Source: Candidatus Saccharimonadota bacterium (GTDB taxonomy: Bacteria; Patescibacteriota; Saccharimonadia; Saccharimonadales; UBA4665). Taken from it: a DNA stretch of 64,000 nt. A program made the position numbers and the translations under genes. The stretch is taken from the NCBI GenBank assembly GCA_025928155.1, contig JAICKC010000003.1, positions 9,069 through 73,068 of the forward strand. The letters are read 5' to 3'. Below, piece by piece: positions 26,515 to 36,385 of the stretch (position 1 is the stretch's first letter; each line of letters opens with the position of its first letter). The notes under the pieces were generated by a model. The model searched no databases. It had not been told where the DNA came from and saw only the letters and a program-made list of their open reading frames with translations.

Positions 26515-27024
26515 TTAGTGCTTGCTGTGCTTTTTCTTGCCCTCTTCTTCACCACCTTTGTGTTTGCGGTGAGTAAAGAGCAAAAACACCAAGCTAAACA
26601 CGGCACCCGCCAAAATTACCCCAGTTTGTGCATTGCTCAGCTGATGCCACGCACTTTGCTGATGCACCTGTCGCTGCACGCTCGATGGCAGCAGTGGCAC
26701 CACCAGTAACGCGCAAAGTAACCCTGTGGCCAATGCAGGCAGGACATTGGTGAGGTTTTTGAGTCCTTTTACATGCCCGCGCGTAAATAAAATGGTCAGC
26801 AAAAAGGGTGCGACTAAAAGCGCCAGCTGCACCCATTGATTAGTTGCCAGTGCGTCTTTGTTAACGAAACTCGTAAATACCGTATCGACATCGCTCGACG
26901 TGTACGTCACCAGCACACTGCCCAGACATAAGCTCATAAAGGCTATCGCGCCGTTTACGCGCAGCAGCAAAATAGCTAGGACCGGCACCAGTGCCAGCGC
27001 ACCGAGTATGACCAGTGGTGTCAT
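26515..27024 (-). CDS. Membrane protein of unknown function
   Basis: Five hydrophobic helices and a basic C-terminal tail. Confidence 0.55.
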   Translation of the reverse strand: MTPLVILGALALVPVLAILLLRVNGAIAFMSLCLGSVLVTYTSSDVDTVFTSFVNKDALATNQWVQLALLVAPFLLTILFTRGHVKGLKNLTNVLPALATGLLCALLVVPLLPSSVQRQVHQQSAWHQLSNAQTGVILAGAVFSLVFLLFTHRKHKGGEEEGKKKHSKH

Positions 27025-27064
27025 ACCCTGATTCTACCATAAGGGCGATGACGTCCGACGCCTA

Positions 27065-27970
27065 TTATGCGCCGACTCTGTCTTTGCGTGGACGGGCTTT
27101 GGCGTTATGTTCGACGTACTCAATAATCTTCGTCGCTACATCACGACCAGTTACCAGCTCAGGGGTCTTGATACTGGCACTACTATTCACTTCAAGCACC
27201 TTCGGACCATCTTTGGAGCGCATCATGTCCACGCCGCAAATCGGCAGATTCATGGCTTTGGCTGCGCGTACTGCCGTCTTTTCTTCATCGGATGTTAGCT
27301 TAATGGCCGTACCGACACCACCCTGGTGCGTGTTGCTACGAAAATCGTCGTCCAGGCTCTGTCGCTGTATACTTGCCACCACGCGGCCGCCAACGATCAG
27401 GGCACGGATATCGGTGCCGACACTCTCGGCCACAAATTCCTGGACGATGAAGTTCACGCCCTCGACGTAAAATGCCTGCATCACGGCTTTGGCCGCCTTT
27501 TTGGTTTCGGCGAGCACGACGCCGTTGCCGTGTGTGCCGCGAGCAACTTTGATGATCACCGGAGCACCGCCAGCCAGGTCCACTACTTCTTCCAAGTTGG
27601 CGGTTTCACGCGCAAACACCGTCTTTGGGATGCCGACATCCTGGCGGGCCAGAATCTGGTACGAACGCAGCTTGTCACGCGAACGGTTAATGGCAATAGA
27701 GCTTGCCGTCGTATACGAACCCTGCATTTCAAACTGGCGCACTACAGCCGTACCGTACTTGGTGTAGCTCTGGGCGATACGCGGAATTATCGCGTCGAAC
27801 TTTGGTAGCACATTGCCCTTGTAGTACACGACCGGCTTACCTTTCTCCATTGTCATATAGCACTTGGCGTAGTTTATAACTTCCACATCGTGCCCGCGCA
27901 CTTCGGCAATCTCTTTGAGCCGCTTGGTCGTATAGTTCAGAGAGCCTTTCGATAAAATTGCAATCTTCAT
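27065..27970 (-). CDS. rimK: RimK-type ATP-grasp alpha-L-glutamate ligase
   Basis: Collinear with E. coli RimK over its length (MKIAILS..., IPRI......YGTA..RQFE..G......S.AI...RDKLRS.Q.LAR, GAP...K...GT.G.GVVLAE, DFRSN.H.GG). Confidence 0.9.
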   Translation of the reverse strand: MKIAILSKGSLNYTTKRLKEIAEVRGHDVEVINYAKCYMTMEKGKPVVYYKGNVLPKFDAIIPRIAQSYTKYGTAVVRQFEMQGSYTTASSIAINRSRDKLRSYQILARQDVGIPKTVFARETANLEEVVDLAGGAPVIIKVARGTHGNGVVLAETKKAAKAVMQAFYVEGVNFIVQEFVAESVGTDIRALIVGGRVVASIQRQSLDDDFRSNTHQGGVGTAIKLTSDEEKTAVRAAKAMNLPICGVDMMRSKDGPKVLEVNSSASIKTPELVTGRDVATKIIEYVEHNAKARPRKDRVGA

Positions 27971-27979
27971 ATTACTTTC

Positions 27980-29299
27980 CTACTTACTTAGTTCCGTTTC
28001 AATAAATTTGGCAAACGCCACCTGCTTCTCAGCTGTAAACGCCCCGGTCGCGAGTTGCGGACCACTGTTCACTTCAAAACAATACCACTCGCCGGTCTGC
28101 TTGTCTTGTACCATATCCACTCCGGCTACGCCGTGCTCCATGACTTTCGCGGCAGTAATGCTCTGTACCTGTACCGATCCTGGTAGCTCGCTCAAGTCGA
28201 CCAGCCGCGCAGTGCCGCCCTGCGACGTGTTGTTCAGGTGAGTAGACGTACCGTTGCGGCTGCGATATATAACGAGCGCGATGCGCCGGCCTAAAATCAA
28301 AATCCGGTAGTCGCCGTCGTTCGGCACAAACTTTTGCCCTATCATGAAGGTACCTTCGTTACTGACGGCGTCGCAGGCCGTATCGTAGTCTTCACGTGTA
28401 CGGATAAGGTAGTTATGTGCCCCACGACTAGCGTGGATACCTTTCAACACGAACGGTAGGCCCAGGTGCGCCACAAACCGTTCGTACGACGTTCGGAGCT
28501 GGCTCGGCGCGACGTAGAGTGACGCCGGAATGGCGACGTCACTGTCGGCCAAAATAACATACTGGTACAGCTTACTGCTCGGCGCAAAGTGCAGCGTCGA
28601 TTCGTCAATAACTTTTACGCCGCGCTTCTTGAGGTAGCGTCCCATCGCGGCAGTTACATCGCGCTCGCCGGAAGTTTTGAAGTGGACGATGTCAAATGAC
28701 GCGATGTCGTCTCCTGTCGAAATGAGCGTAACGCGTGTCCCTTGCGGACCAAAACAAAACTGTACATCATCGTAGGTAGCGTGCGTAATACTGAGGTCTT
28801 CGGCCGCTTTCTCTACGCCTTTCACGAACTTGCTGACGTTAGGGCTTATGAAGGTACTCATTAGGAGCAAGCGAGCGGAAGTGTCCTGAGACTTTGCGGC
28901 AACGTCTACTAAGAACTTGCCGTGGAGCGTACGCCGGCCAATGAGAATCGGCTGACTGTTGTTTTCACGGTTAGCGAGCGTGAAACGGACGCGGATCGTG
29001 CGGCCAGCCAAACGAACTTTGAGGGTAATTTTATAGCGGAACTCGGCCGCGCCAAATGAATTTTTGATAGATGTGACCCCAAATTTTTTGGTCTGCAGCA
29101 CCTTACCGGTGTAGTACGGCGAGACTTTATCAAACAAGACAAACGAGAGCACGCCGTCGTCTTCGCGGATGTCACTCGCCCACACCGCCGAGCTATCAGC
29201 ACCAGTGTCAACTTTGGCGGGCACCTCAAAAACCCCCAGGTCTGGGAAGTCGATGTTCTCCTTGGGGCCGACAACGGTGATTGGTTTACTGAGCGCCAT
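27980..29299 (-). CDS. Fusion protein: N-terminal RimB-like retropepsin-type protease domain (PF05618-like) plus C-terminal RimK-like ATP-grasp domain
   Basis: N-terminus VGPKENIDFPDLGVFEVPAKVDTGADSSAVWA (DTGA aspartyl signature). The C-terminal half has ATP-grasp blocks (FVLKG.HASRG..N, GDYRILILG, NNTSQGG, GVDMV...GEWYCFEVN). Confidence 0.7.
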   Translation of the reverse strand: MALSKPITVVGPKENIDFPDLGVFEVPAKVDTGADSSAVWASDIREDDGVLSFVLFDKVSPYYTGKVLQTKKFGVTSIKNSFGAAEFRYKITLKVRLAGRTIRVRFTLANRENNSQPILIGRRTLHGKFLVDVAAKSQDTSARLLLMSTFISPNVSKFVKGVEKAAEDLSITHATYDDVQFCFGPQGTRVTLISTGDDIASFDIVHFKTSGERDVTAAMGRYLKKRGVKVIDESTLHFAPSSKLYQYVILADSDVAIPASLYVAPSQLRTSYERFVAHLGLPFVLKGIHASRGAHNYLIRTREDYDTACDAVSNEGTFMIGQKFVPNDGDYRILILGRRIALVIYRSRNGTSTHLNNTSQGGTARLVDLSELPGSVQVQSITAAKVMEHGVAGVDMVQDKQTGEWYCFEVNSGPQLATGAFTAEKQVAFAKFIETELSK

Positions 29300-29506
29300 A
29301 AATGAATCCGGTTTTAGTTACCATTATTATAACACTTTTGGTTATTTATAGCAATACTAATGCTGAGCCCTGGCTACCGCATGATACGACACATACAGCA
29401 CGGCGACAATGATGAGAACCAGGCAGATTATCATCGGTACAAAGCCGCTTTGGTCACGCTGGAAGTTACGCATTTATTCGCACTATACCGCTTTTGGCTG
29501 CGTTTG

Positions 29507-30991
29507 TTAAGCTGCCTCAAGGTATGCGGCTGCCGGATCACCGCCTACCAGCTCGACGTGCTCAGGGTTGGTCGGGTCGAAAGTGGTGCTCATGAGCCAC
29601 CTGAGGCGCGCCTGGCGCACTTCTTTCGGTAGCGCAGCGGTCTCGTTTAGGAACTGGGTAGCTTTGCGCGCACCTACAAAGTAGCTAATGTCGCGGTTAT
29701 CGCGCGCATTGCCGCGAGCGGTGCGCATAACGGAACTGTAGGAAGCCCCTTGTAGTTTTGCTCTGTCTATTGGACCTTTTTCCTGCAATGCCGCCCGACG
29801 CCACATGATCTCGTTCACGGCGTGGAATGACTGCTCTTTACCCATACCAATGTCGTGTAGGCCTTTCAGAAGACCAATTTGCAGGTAGTACTTCACACCG
29901 GGTACGCGTTTTTTACCGCTAAAGATCTGTTCGAGGACTACCGGAAGACCTTCGCCAAAGTCCAGGGTTCGAGGCAAAGAGCTTTGAAGGTGGGGCTGCT
30001 CTTGCATTTTGGCGTTTTGAAATAACCGAGCATGCCAACCCTCGTGCAGCGGCTTTGTGAGCATTTCGTCGGACGTAAAGTCGTTGCGTAACTCACCAAT
30101 AGTAATTTCACTCCGGGCCTCGCTCGCCTCGGCTGCTACTTTCTTACCCGTCAGGATACGGACGGGCCAATCCACCCCCATCGCCCGGAGTGCCGCCTGG
30201 AAGGCAGGCTGAGCGTCTGCCGGCTTTACACTGTGGTCAAGACCAGTATACGGCCGCATAGCTTCCTCAAAATCGGGGAAGATTTCGCAGAAGTCTTCAC
30301 GGATAATCTGCATAGTATCGTCGCGGAGCTCCTCGTATGGCTCTCCCTGGGGCATGGTGGCGAGTTTTTGCTCTGCCTCTTCTCGGCTCTCAAAACCGAG
30401 ACAGCCTAGATACTCGCGGGCGATTTGATCCTTCGCCGCATCCTCTGAACCCCAGTACGCCAGCGCGAGCTGAATATCGGCGGCGAGCATCATTTCAAAC
30501 AGCTCAGTTTCGGGTTCTCCGAAGATTTCGCCGGACATACTCGCAGCGCGTCCCCGTGATTCCTCGGCCCGTACGGCTGCAGTCTCGCGAAATTCCTCAT
30601 CTCTCGCACCTTCGCTGGCGGCGACATGCCCGAGGAGGCGCAAAACCTCCTTATGTCTGTACACTTCAGCCAGCTTAGCAGCCACTTTCTCGTAGATTAC
30701 GGCCGCTTCGGTCGTCTCATCGCCTGTTTGTTCTACATAATCGGTTATGGCGTTGAGTTGTTGCCAGTATTGGCGCTCGGACGCGTCAAGTGAGGGAGTG
30801 TCGAGGAGGGGATAGCGCGTAATCGCCGGCCAGGCACCTTCACCCGCCAGGAAGGCCCTTTTCGCCTCTTTGCGCTCGCCTGAAGCGGCCGCATGGCCTT
30901 CACCGACTCCGTACGGTTCGTTTGAGGGTATAGAAGTGTGCGGTACCTCATTAAATGCTCGTGCAACGTCTGCTAGCACACCGATAGCCAT
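29507..30991 (-). CDS. Putative HExxH metallopeptidase, DUF1704/MATCAP-like (QEGLA-type motif)
   Basis: LHEGWHARLFQN (HExxH) followed by FGEGLPVVLEQ. The family assignment is from motif memory only. Confidence 0.45.
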   Translation of the reverse strand: MAIGVLADVARAFNEVPHTSIPSNEPYGVGEGHAAASGERKEAKRAFLAGEGAWPAITRYPLLDTPSLDASERQYWQQLNAITDYVEQTGDETTEAAVIYEKVAAKLAEVYRHKEVLRLLGHVAASEGARDEEFRETAAVRAEESRGRAASMSGEIFGEPETELFEMMLAADIQLALAYWGSEDAAKDQIAREYLGCLGFESREEAEQKLATMPQGEPYEELRDDTMQIIREDFCEIFPDFEEAMRPYTGLDHSVKPADAQPAFQAALRAMGVDWPVRILTGKKVAAEASEARSEITIGELRNDFTSDEMLTKPLHEGWHARLFQNAKMQEQPHLQSSLPRTLDFGEGLPVVLEQIFSGKKRVPGVKYYLQIGLLKGLHDIGMGKEQSFHAVNEIMWRRAALQEKGPIDRAKLQGASYSSVMRTARGNARDNRDISYFVGARKATQFLNETAALPKEVRQARLRWLMSTTFDPTNPEHVELVGGDPAAAYLEAA

Positions 30992-31031
30992 AGTACTTGT
31001 ATTATACCATAATAACTACGATGTGGCAATT

Positions 31032-32129
31032 CTAGAAGAGGCCACGCTTTTTGCTGCCACCTTTTGCAAACTGCTCTAGCAGCTCTTTTTGCTGACGAGT
31101 GAGCTTGGTAGGAGTATCGACGGTAATAGTTACGATGTGCGACCCGCGGGATTCGGAGCGAATATGGGGCACACCGTGGCTGCTGAGCTTGAAATCGGTG
31201 CCACTCTGAGTGCCGGCCGGGACCTTCATGCGTACCTTGCCGTCTACCGTATCGACATTTATTTCAGTACCGAGCGCAGCTTCCACCATACCAATGTGCT
31301 CTTCGCTCAAGATAAGGTCACCTTCACGCGTAAAATACTTATGAGCCTTGACTCGCACGTGCACGTACAGATCACCTTTCGGGCCGTTGGCGACTGCTTC
31401 GCCGTGTTCCCGTAAGCGTATAGTTGCGCCGTCGTCAATCCCGGCCGGGACTTTCAGCTGCACGTTCTGTGTGCGGCGTTCCGTGCCCTTGCCGTGACAC
31501 ACGGTGCAGACCTTTTCGGGCACTTTGCCGGTACCTCTACAGGTCGGACAGATGCTAGCCTGCTGGATATTGCCAAAAATGGTGCGCGTGGCCGTGACGA
31601 CCTGGCCGCTGCCGCCGCACGTTTCGCAAGTTTTGAGCGAGTAGCCAGGCTCGGCCGTCGTACCTTTGCAGTGGCTGCAGGTGTCTTCGAGGTTGAGCTT
31701 TAGGTTCACGTCGGTGCCAAAAACCGCCTCTTCGAAGCTGATTTCAATGCGAGTTTCCACATCGCTGCCGCGCGCCTGCCTCTGCCTGCCGCCAGGCTGA
31801 CCGCCCCCGAAAAAGCTGCTAAATATATCGCCTAGGCCTAGGTCACCGAAGTCGAAGTTTACGTTCTGGCCGTTAAAGCCGCCAAACGGATTACCGTCGC
31901 TCGCTGCACTGCTGCCCACGCCCGCGTGGCCGAACTGGTCGTAGCGCTGGCGTTTGCTGGGGTCTTTCAGCACTTCGTAAGCTTCGTTAACCTCTTTAAA
32001 CTTCTCTTCGTCGCCACCGCGGTCGGGGTGCAGCTCTACCGCCTTCCGGCGGAAAGCCTTTTTGATTTCGTCGGCACTGGCGGCTTTACCCACGCCAAGC
32101 ACCTCGTAATAGTCACGTTTTTCAGCCAT
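31032..32129 (-). CDS. dnaJ: Molecular chaperone DnaJ
   Basis: J-domain with HPD (ELHPDRGGD), a G/F region, and four CxxCxGxG repeats ([32 protein letters not shown]). Confidence 0.95.
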   Translation of the reverse strand: MAEKRDYYEVLGVGKAASADEIKKAFRRKAVELHPDRGGDEEKFKEVNEAYEVLKDPSKRQRYDQFGHAGVGSSAASDGNPFGGFNGQNVNFDFGDLGLGDIFSSFFGGGQPGGRQRQARGSDVETRIEISFEEAVFGTDVNLKLNLEDTCSHCKGTTAEPGYSLKTCETCGGSGQVVTATRTIFGNIQQASICPTCRGTGKVPEKVCTVCHGKGTERRTQNVQLKVPAGIDDGATIRLREHGEAVANGPKGDLYVHVRVKAHKYFTREGDLILSEEHIGMVEAALGTEINVDTVDGKVRMKVPAGTQSGTDFKLSSHGVPHIRSESRGSHIVTITVDTPTKLTRQQKELLEQFAKGGSKKRGLF

Positions 32130-32191
32130 ACTGTAGAGAGTATTTTAGCACTTACTGATGCCGAGTGCCAGGAGGATGTTCCTACTAATCT

Positions 32192-32638
32192 TTATCGTGT
32201 TTTCCACTCGTCGGGCTTTTGAAGGAATGAGTCTACAATTTGCTCGAAGGGCTGTGTGTCATCACCCGTAAAATCCCGAGAACGTACATTTTGGCCATCA
32301 GGCCGCTGAACCTCTATGAAATCCGGTGCTAGGCTATTGTCAGCCCCTACGGCAAACTCTGCCGTGTATTCACGGGCATGCTCAAGGCTACCTCCGTCTT
32401 CTCCAGAGTCTTCTGGCCAACCTTCATGCACAACCACAGAAGCCCGACCACCAACCACTAGACCCTCGACACTGGCGTGGTCTCGTCGTTTTGCAAAGAA
32501 CTGTCTCACGCCCCTTCCCTCAGACATCTCACCGACTACGGCATGCATGAGATCTGCCGCACTAGAAAGCGCGCTCCAGTACTCAGGAGAGTGTTGGTCG
32601 TCTTCTCCGCCTGCCGGTGCAAAAAGGGCTTCTCCCAT
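32192..32638 (-). CDS. Acidic hypothetical protein inserted between dnaK and dnaJ
   Basis: 148-aa ORF on the operon strand with no recognisable motif. Its coding status is unverified. Confidence 0.4.
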   Translation of the reverse strand: MGEALFAPAGGEDDQHSPEYWSALSSAADLMHAVVGEMSEGRGVRQFFAKRRDHASVEGLVVGGRASVVVHEGWPEDSGEDGGSLEHAREYTAEFAVGADNSLAPDFIEVQRPDGQNVRSRDFTGDDTQPFEQIVDSFLQKPDEWKTR

Positions 32639-32692
32639 ATTTTTACTTTACAGCTTACTGCAGCGAACCTTCTGTAAGGCTACGGACACTGG

Positions 32693-34606
32693 CTACTTTT
32701 CTTTGTCGTCAACGACTTCGCCTTCGATGGGACCATCGCCCTTTTTGTCGTCGTCAGAGAGATTTTTGTCCTCTTCGGGAGTCTCTTCTTTGCTCGCCGC
32801 TTCGTACAGCTTAGCACCGATAGGCATAAGTACGCCGTTGAGCTCCTTAGCGGCACCGTCGAGCATGTCTTTGTCGGCGATATCGTCGGCTACGACCTTT
32901 TTGGCTTTCTCGATCGCTTCGTCAATGGCTTTTTTGTCGTCATCGGTCAGCTTGTCACCACTGTCGCTCTTGAGTTTCTCGGCCTGGTAGACGGCGCTGT
33001 CGAGCTGGTTGCGTGCCTCCACGGCCTCTTTCTTTTTCTTGTCCTCTTCGGCGTGGGCTTCGGCGTCTTTGGCCATCTTTTCCACCTCTGCTTTGTCGAG
33101 GCTACCGCTGCCCTGGATGGTAATATTCTGCTCTTTGCCGGTGCCCTTGTCCTTGGCGGTCACGTTCAGGATGCCGTTGGCATCGATGTTAAATGTTACC
33201 TCAACCTGCGGTACGCCGCGCGGTGCCGGCGCGATGCCGTCCAAGATGAATGTGCCGAGCACCTTGTTGCCATCCATCATTTCGCGTTCGCCCTGACCGA
33301 CTTTGATTTCTACCTGCGACTGGTTGTCAGCAGCAGTACTAAACACCTCTGATTTGCTGGTCGGGATAGTGGTGTTGCGCTCGATGAGCTTGGTCATGAC
33401 ACCGCCCATGGTCTCGATACCAAGGCTCAGCGGGGTCACATCCAGCAGCAGCACATCCTTGACATCCCCTTGCAGCACGCCGCCCTGAATGGCAGCGCCC
33501 ACAGCCACCACTTCGTCTGGGTTCACGCCCTTCATTGGCTCTTTGCCGAAGATAGCTTTAACCTTTTCCTGCACGGCCGGCATGCGGGTCATACCGCCTA
33601 CTAGTACTACAGCTTCAATGTCACTAGCCTTGAGACCAGCATCTTTGAGCGCCTTCTCACATGGGTCGGCAGTCTTGGCGACGAGATCACCCACCAGCTG
33701 CTCTAGCTTGGCGCGGGTCAGCTTGTGCTCAAAGTGCTTCGGACCCTCGGCGTCAGCCGTCAGAAACGGCAGGTTGATGTCGACTTCCTGTGCCGTTGAG
33801 AGTTCAATCTTGGCCTTCTCGGCTTCGTCGCGCAGGCGCTGCATAGCCGCGTTGTCTCCGGAGATGTCGATGCCGCTTTCTTTCTTGAACGCTTCAACAA
33901 AATAGTTGACGATAACCCGGTCAAAGTCGGCGCCACCCAGGTGGGTGTCACCGTTGGTGCTTTTAACCTCAAACACGCCGTCGCCGAGTTCCAGGATAGA
34001 CACGTCGAACGTGCCGCCACCCAAGTCGTATACGGCGATCTTTTCGTCGGCTTTGCCACCCTTGTCAAGGCCGTAGGCCAAAGCTGCGGCGGTTGGCTCA
34101 TTGATGATACGCTTCACTTCGAGACCGGCAATTTTACCGGCGTCTTTGGTGGCCTGACGTTGGCTGTCGTCGAAGTAGGCCGGCACGGTAATGACCGCTT
34201 CGGTCACTTTGTCGCCTAGGAAACTTTCGGCGTCGGCCTTGAGCTTACCGAGGATCATGGCGCTGATTTCTTCGGGGCTGTATTCTTTGTCGCCCATCTT
34301 GACCTTGACGCCATTGCCGCTCTTGACGATCTCGTAGCCCATAAGCTTGAGGTCGCGCTGGACTTCTTGGTCGTCGAAATTGCGACCGATGAGGCGCTTG
34401 ACTTCATAAATGGTGTTCTTTGGGTTGGTAACCTGCTGGCGGCGAGCCAGTGCTCCAACCAAACGTTCGCCGTTCTTGTTGATAGCTACCACGCTTGGCG
34501 TAGTGCGATTACCCTCAGAGTTCGCGATAATCTCCGGCTTGCCGCTTTGCATTACGGCCATTGCCGAGTTGGTAGTGCCGAGGTCGATTCCGATAATTTT
34601 TGCCAT
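32693..34606 (-). CDS. dnaK: Molecular chaperone DnaK (Hsp70)
   Basis: [18 protein letters not shown] and [10 protein letters not shown] signatures. Length 637 aa. Confidence 0.97.
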   Translation of the reverse strand: MAKIIGIDLGTTNSAMAVMQSGKPEIIANSEGNRTTPSVVAINKNGERLVGALARRQQVTNPKNTIYEVKRLIGRNFDDQEVQRDLKLMGYEIVKSGNGVKVKMGDKEYSPEEISAMILGKLKADAESFLGDKVTEAVITVPAYFDDSQRQATKDAGKIAGLEVKRIINEPTAAALAYGLDKGGKADEKIAVYDLGGGTFDVSILELGDGVFEVKSTNGDTHLGGADFDRVIVNYFVEAFKKESGIDISGDNAAMQRLRDEAEKAKIELSTAQEVDINLPFLTADAEGPKHFEHKLTRAKLEQLVGDLVAKTADPCEKALKDAGLKASDIEAVVLVGGMTRMPAVQEKVKAIFGKEPMKGVNPDEVVAVGAAIQGGVLQGDVKDVLLLDVTPLSLGIETMGGVMTKLIERNTTIPTSKSEVFSTAADNQSQVEIKVGQGEREMMDGNKVLGTFILDGIAPAPRGVPQVEVTFNIDANGILNVTAKDKGTGKEQNITIQGSGSLDKAEVEKMAKDAEAHAEEDKKKKEAVEARNQLDSAVYQAEKLKSDSGDKLTDDDKKAIDEAIEKAKKVVADDIADKDMLDGAAKELNGVLMPIGAKLYEAASKEETPEEDKNLSDDDKKGDGPIEGEVVDDKEK

Positions 34607-34623
34607 GGATATATTCCCTTCCG

Positions 34624-34650
34624 TTAGCAGATAGTCACTTTGAGTGCTAG
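34624..34650 (-). promoter_or_regulatory. Degenerate second CIRCE-like element between the dnaK promoter and the start codon
   Basis: On the coding strand: CTAGCACTC-aaagtgact-ATCTGCTAA. The left arm matches 8/9 and the right arm 6/9. Confidence 0.5.
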
Positions 34651-34670
34651 TACTATTCTAGCATAAAAAA

Positions 34671-34697
34671 TTAGCACTCTCGTGTCAAGACTGCTAA
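34671..34697 (-). promoter_or_regulatory. CIRCE operator overlapping the dnaK promoter
   Basis: TTAGCACTC-tcgtgtcaa-GACTGCTAA (one mismatch). On the coding strand the spacer holds TTGACA (34683-88), followed 17 nt later by TATGCT, with TGcTAGAAT adjacent. Confidence 0.85.
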
Positions 34698-34996
34698 CCG
34701 CCGATTGCTCTACGGCTCGCTGCGCTTTGCGCGAACGCACGAAGCATCCGCCCCTCCACATAGCCGGGAGCCATGTCTGCCTCAGTATGCCCTTCTCGTA
34801 CCGACATAGCGTAGCCAGTCTGTAACATGCCGAGTTGCTCGTCTCTGATGTCGGGCGGCAGCTGTGGATCAAGCAGAATTTTTATCATTGTTCGAACTAG
34901 GGCCTCTTGCCTTCCCAGCACTGGTGCGGCGGGCGGTAGTTCGTAAATCTCAAGTGGGGACGGCGGCGTAAGACGGGCTGACTCAGGGTCAGACAC
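34694..34996 (-). CDS. Hypothetical protein between grpE and dnaK
   Basis: 100-aa ORF on the operon strand. Its stop abuts the dnaK CIRCE. No motif found. Confidence 0.35.
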   Translation of the reverse strand: MSDPESARLTPPSPLEIYELPPAAPVLGRQEALVRTMIKILLDPQLPPDIRDEQLGMLQTGYAMSVREGHTEADMAPGYVEGRMLRAFAQSAASRRAIGG

Positions 34997-35124
34997 CGCA
35001 GTTTCCGGACACTACGGTGGTGATAGAAAAAATACCCCCGCTATAGATACACTCTCTAGCTTCAGGGTATTGCATTAGTGCTTATTGTACAAAAGTCCGG
35101 CACAAAGACAAGCGCAATCTGGCT

Positions 35125-35664
35125 CTAGACCGTCTTCACGCGAACCATTGCGTGGCGTATCACTTCGTCACCGAGCTGATAACCAGCCTGGAGCTCTTCG
35201 CTCACCACCTCTTGTGCACCCTCACCCTCTTCCATGCTCACGGCCTCGTGCAGGCGTGGGTCAAACAGCTCGCCAACTGTTTTTATTTTTACAACGCCTA
35301 TGTCAGCCAGCGTCTTTTCGAACTGCTTAACGATGCCTTGTACGCCCTTTATATAGTCATTGGCTTCTAGGTCTGGTGGCACATGCTTAAGGGCACGCTC
35401 AAAATTATCGACAACTGGCAGCAGCGCGCGTACCACGCCTGCCTTGACGACGCTTTGCAGGCCGGTGACTTGCGCTTCATGCCGACGGCGGATATTAATA
35501 GTATCTGCACGCTCACGCTGTAGCGCCTCTGTCAGCTCTTGGACTTGGAGAGCGAGGTCGACGGTCTGAGTGTCGTCAGTCTGGGAGTCTGACGGCGCAG
35601 GGGCGCTTTCTTCCGGCACATCCTTTTGATACTTGTCAGCTTTGCGGCCTTGCTTGTCAGTCAT
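35125..35664 (-). CDS. grpE: Nucleotide exchange factor GrpE
   Basis: Coiled-coil N-terminal half, then the conserved C-terminus FDP..HEA......G.....V.EE...GY.L.D.V.R.A.V.V. Confidence 0.9.
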   Translation of the reverse strand: MTDKQGRKADKYQKDVPEESAPAPSDSQTDDTQTVDLALQVQELTEALQRERADTINIRRRHEAQVTGLQSVVKAGVVRALLPVVDNFERALKHVPPDLEANDYIKGVQGIVKQFEKTLADIGVVKIKTVGELFDPRLHEAVSMEEGEGAQEVVSEELQAGYQLGDEVIRHAMVRVKTV

Positions 35665-36366
35665 TTATAGAACCTCCTCCAATGTCTTACCAGTGTGGGC
35701 AACCAGAGCCATGACGCCCCGATAGCTCTGACGGGTGGGCCCGAGCGTACCGATGTAGCTGTGGTCGCTAAAGGGGCTTCTGAACCGGCTGATGATAAGG
35801 CTAACCCCGGCACTGCGGCCAATCGGGTTTTCGCTGCCGATGTAAACGCTTAAGGGTTCGTTCGGCGCCGCTTCGCGCAGCCATGGCTCCAGGTTGTCGA
35901 GCAACCGTGCCACCTGCTGAACCTGTTGGCCGCTTACAAACTCGGGTTGGCCGAAGAGGTTGCTCAGCCCACTCATGTATAGCTGGTTGCCGATGGTGGC
36001 AAGCCCCAGATTATGCGTGAGTTCTACCAGCGTGTCAACGGCGTTGCGAATGGTACGCTCCGGCATGCCGCCGTGCTGCACCCGGGCGGTCAGCGCACGC
36101 TCAGCCCGCTTTTCGGGCTGCGTGGCTTCAGTTCCTGCAGCCAGATTATTGACGTAAAAACGGTAGCCCCGGTCGGTCGGGATACGACCGGCGCTGGTGT
36201 GCGGCTGACGAATGTAGTCCAGGCGCTCCAACTCTGCCATTTCTGCCCGAATAGTGGCACTAGAGACGTCAAACACTTTGGCCAGCAAGCTGCTGCCCAC
36301 CGGCACCGCCACCTCGGCGTACTGCTCGATGATGGCTGAAAGAATTTGCTTTTGACGCTCTGTCAT
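35665..36366 (-). CDS. hrcA: Heat-inducible transcriptional repressor HrcA
   Basis: MTERQKQILSAIIEQY...VGS..L winged-helix N-terminus. Start placed at 36366 because the longer ORF start would lie inside the CIRCE/promoter. Confidence 0.9.
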   Translation of the reverse strand: MTERQKQILSAIIEQYAEVAVPVGSSLLAKVFDVSSATIRAEMAELERLDYIRQPHTSAGRIPTDRGYRFYVNNLAAGTEATQPEKRAERALTARVQHGGMPERTIRNAVDTLVELTHNLGLATIGNQLYMSGLSNLFGQPEFVSGQQVQQVARLLDNLEPWLREAAPNEPLSVYIGSENPIGRSAGVSLIISRFRSPFSDHSYIGTLGPTRQSYRGVMALVAHTGKTLEEVL

Positions 36367-36385
36367 TACATAACAGTATAGCTCT

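Noticed and set aside
29360-29632. 90-aa plus-strand ORF in and next to the rimK-cluster gap
   Set aside because: It overlaps the 3' end of the convergent-frame peptidase gene and has no SD and no motif. The minus-strand micro-ORF fits the operon better, although that ORF is itself low-confidence.
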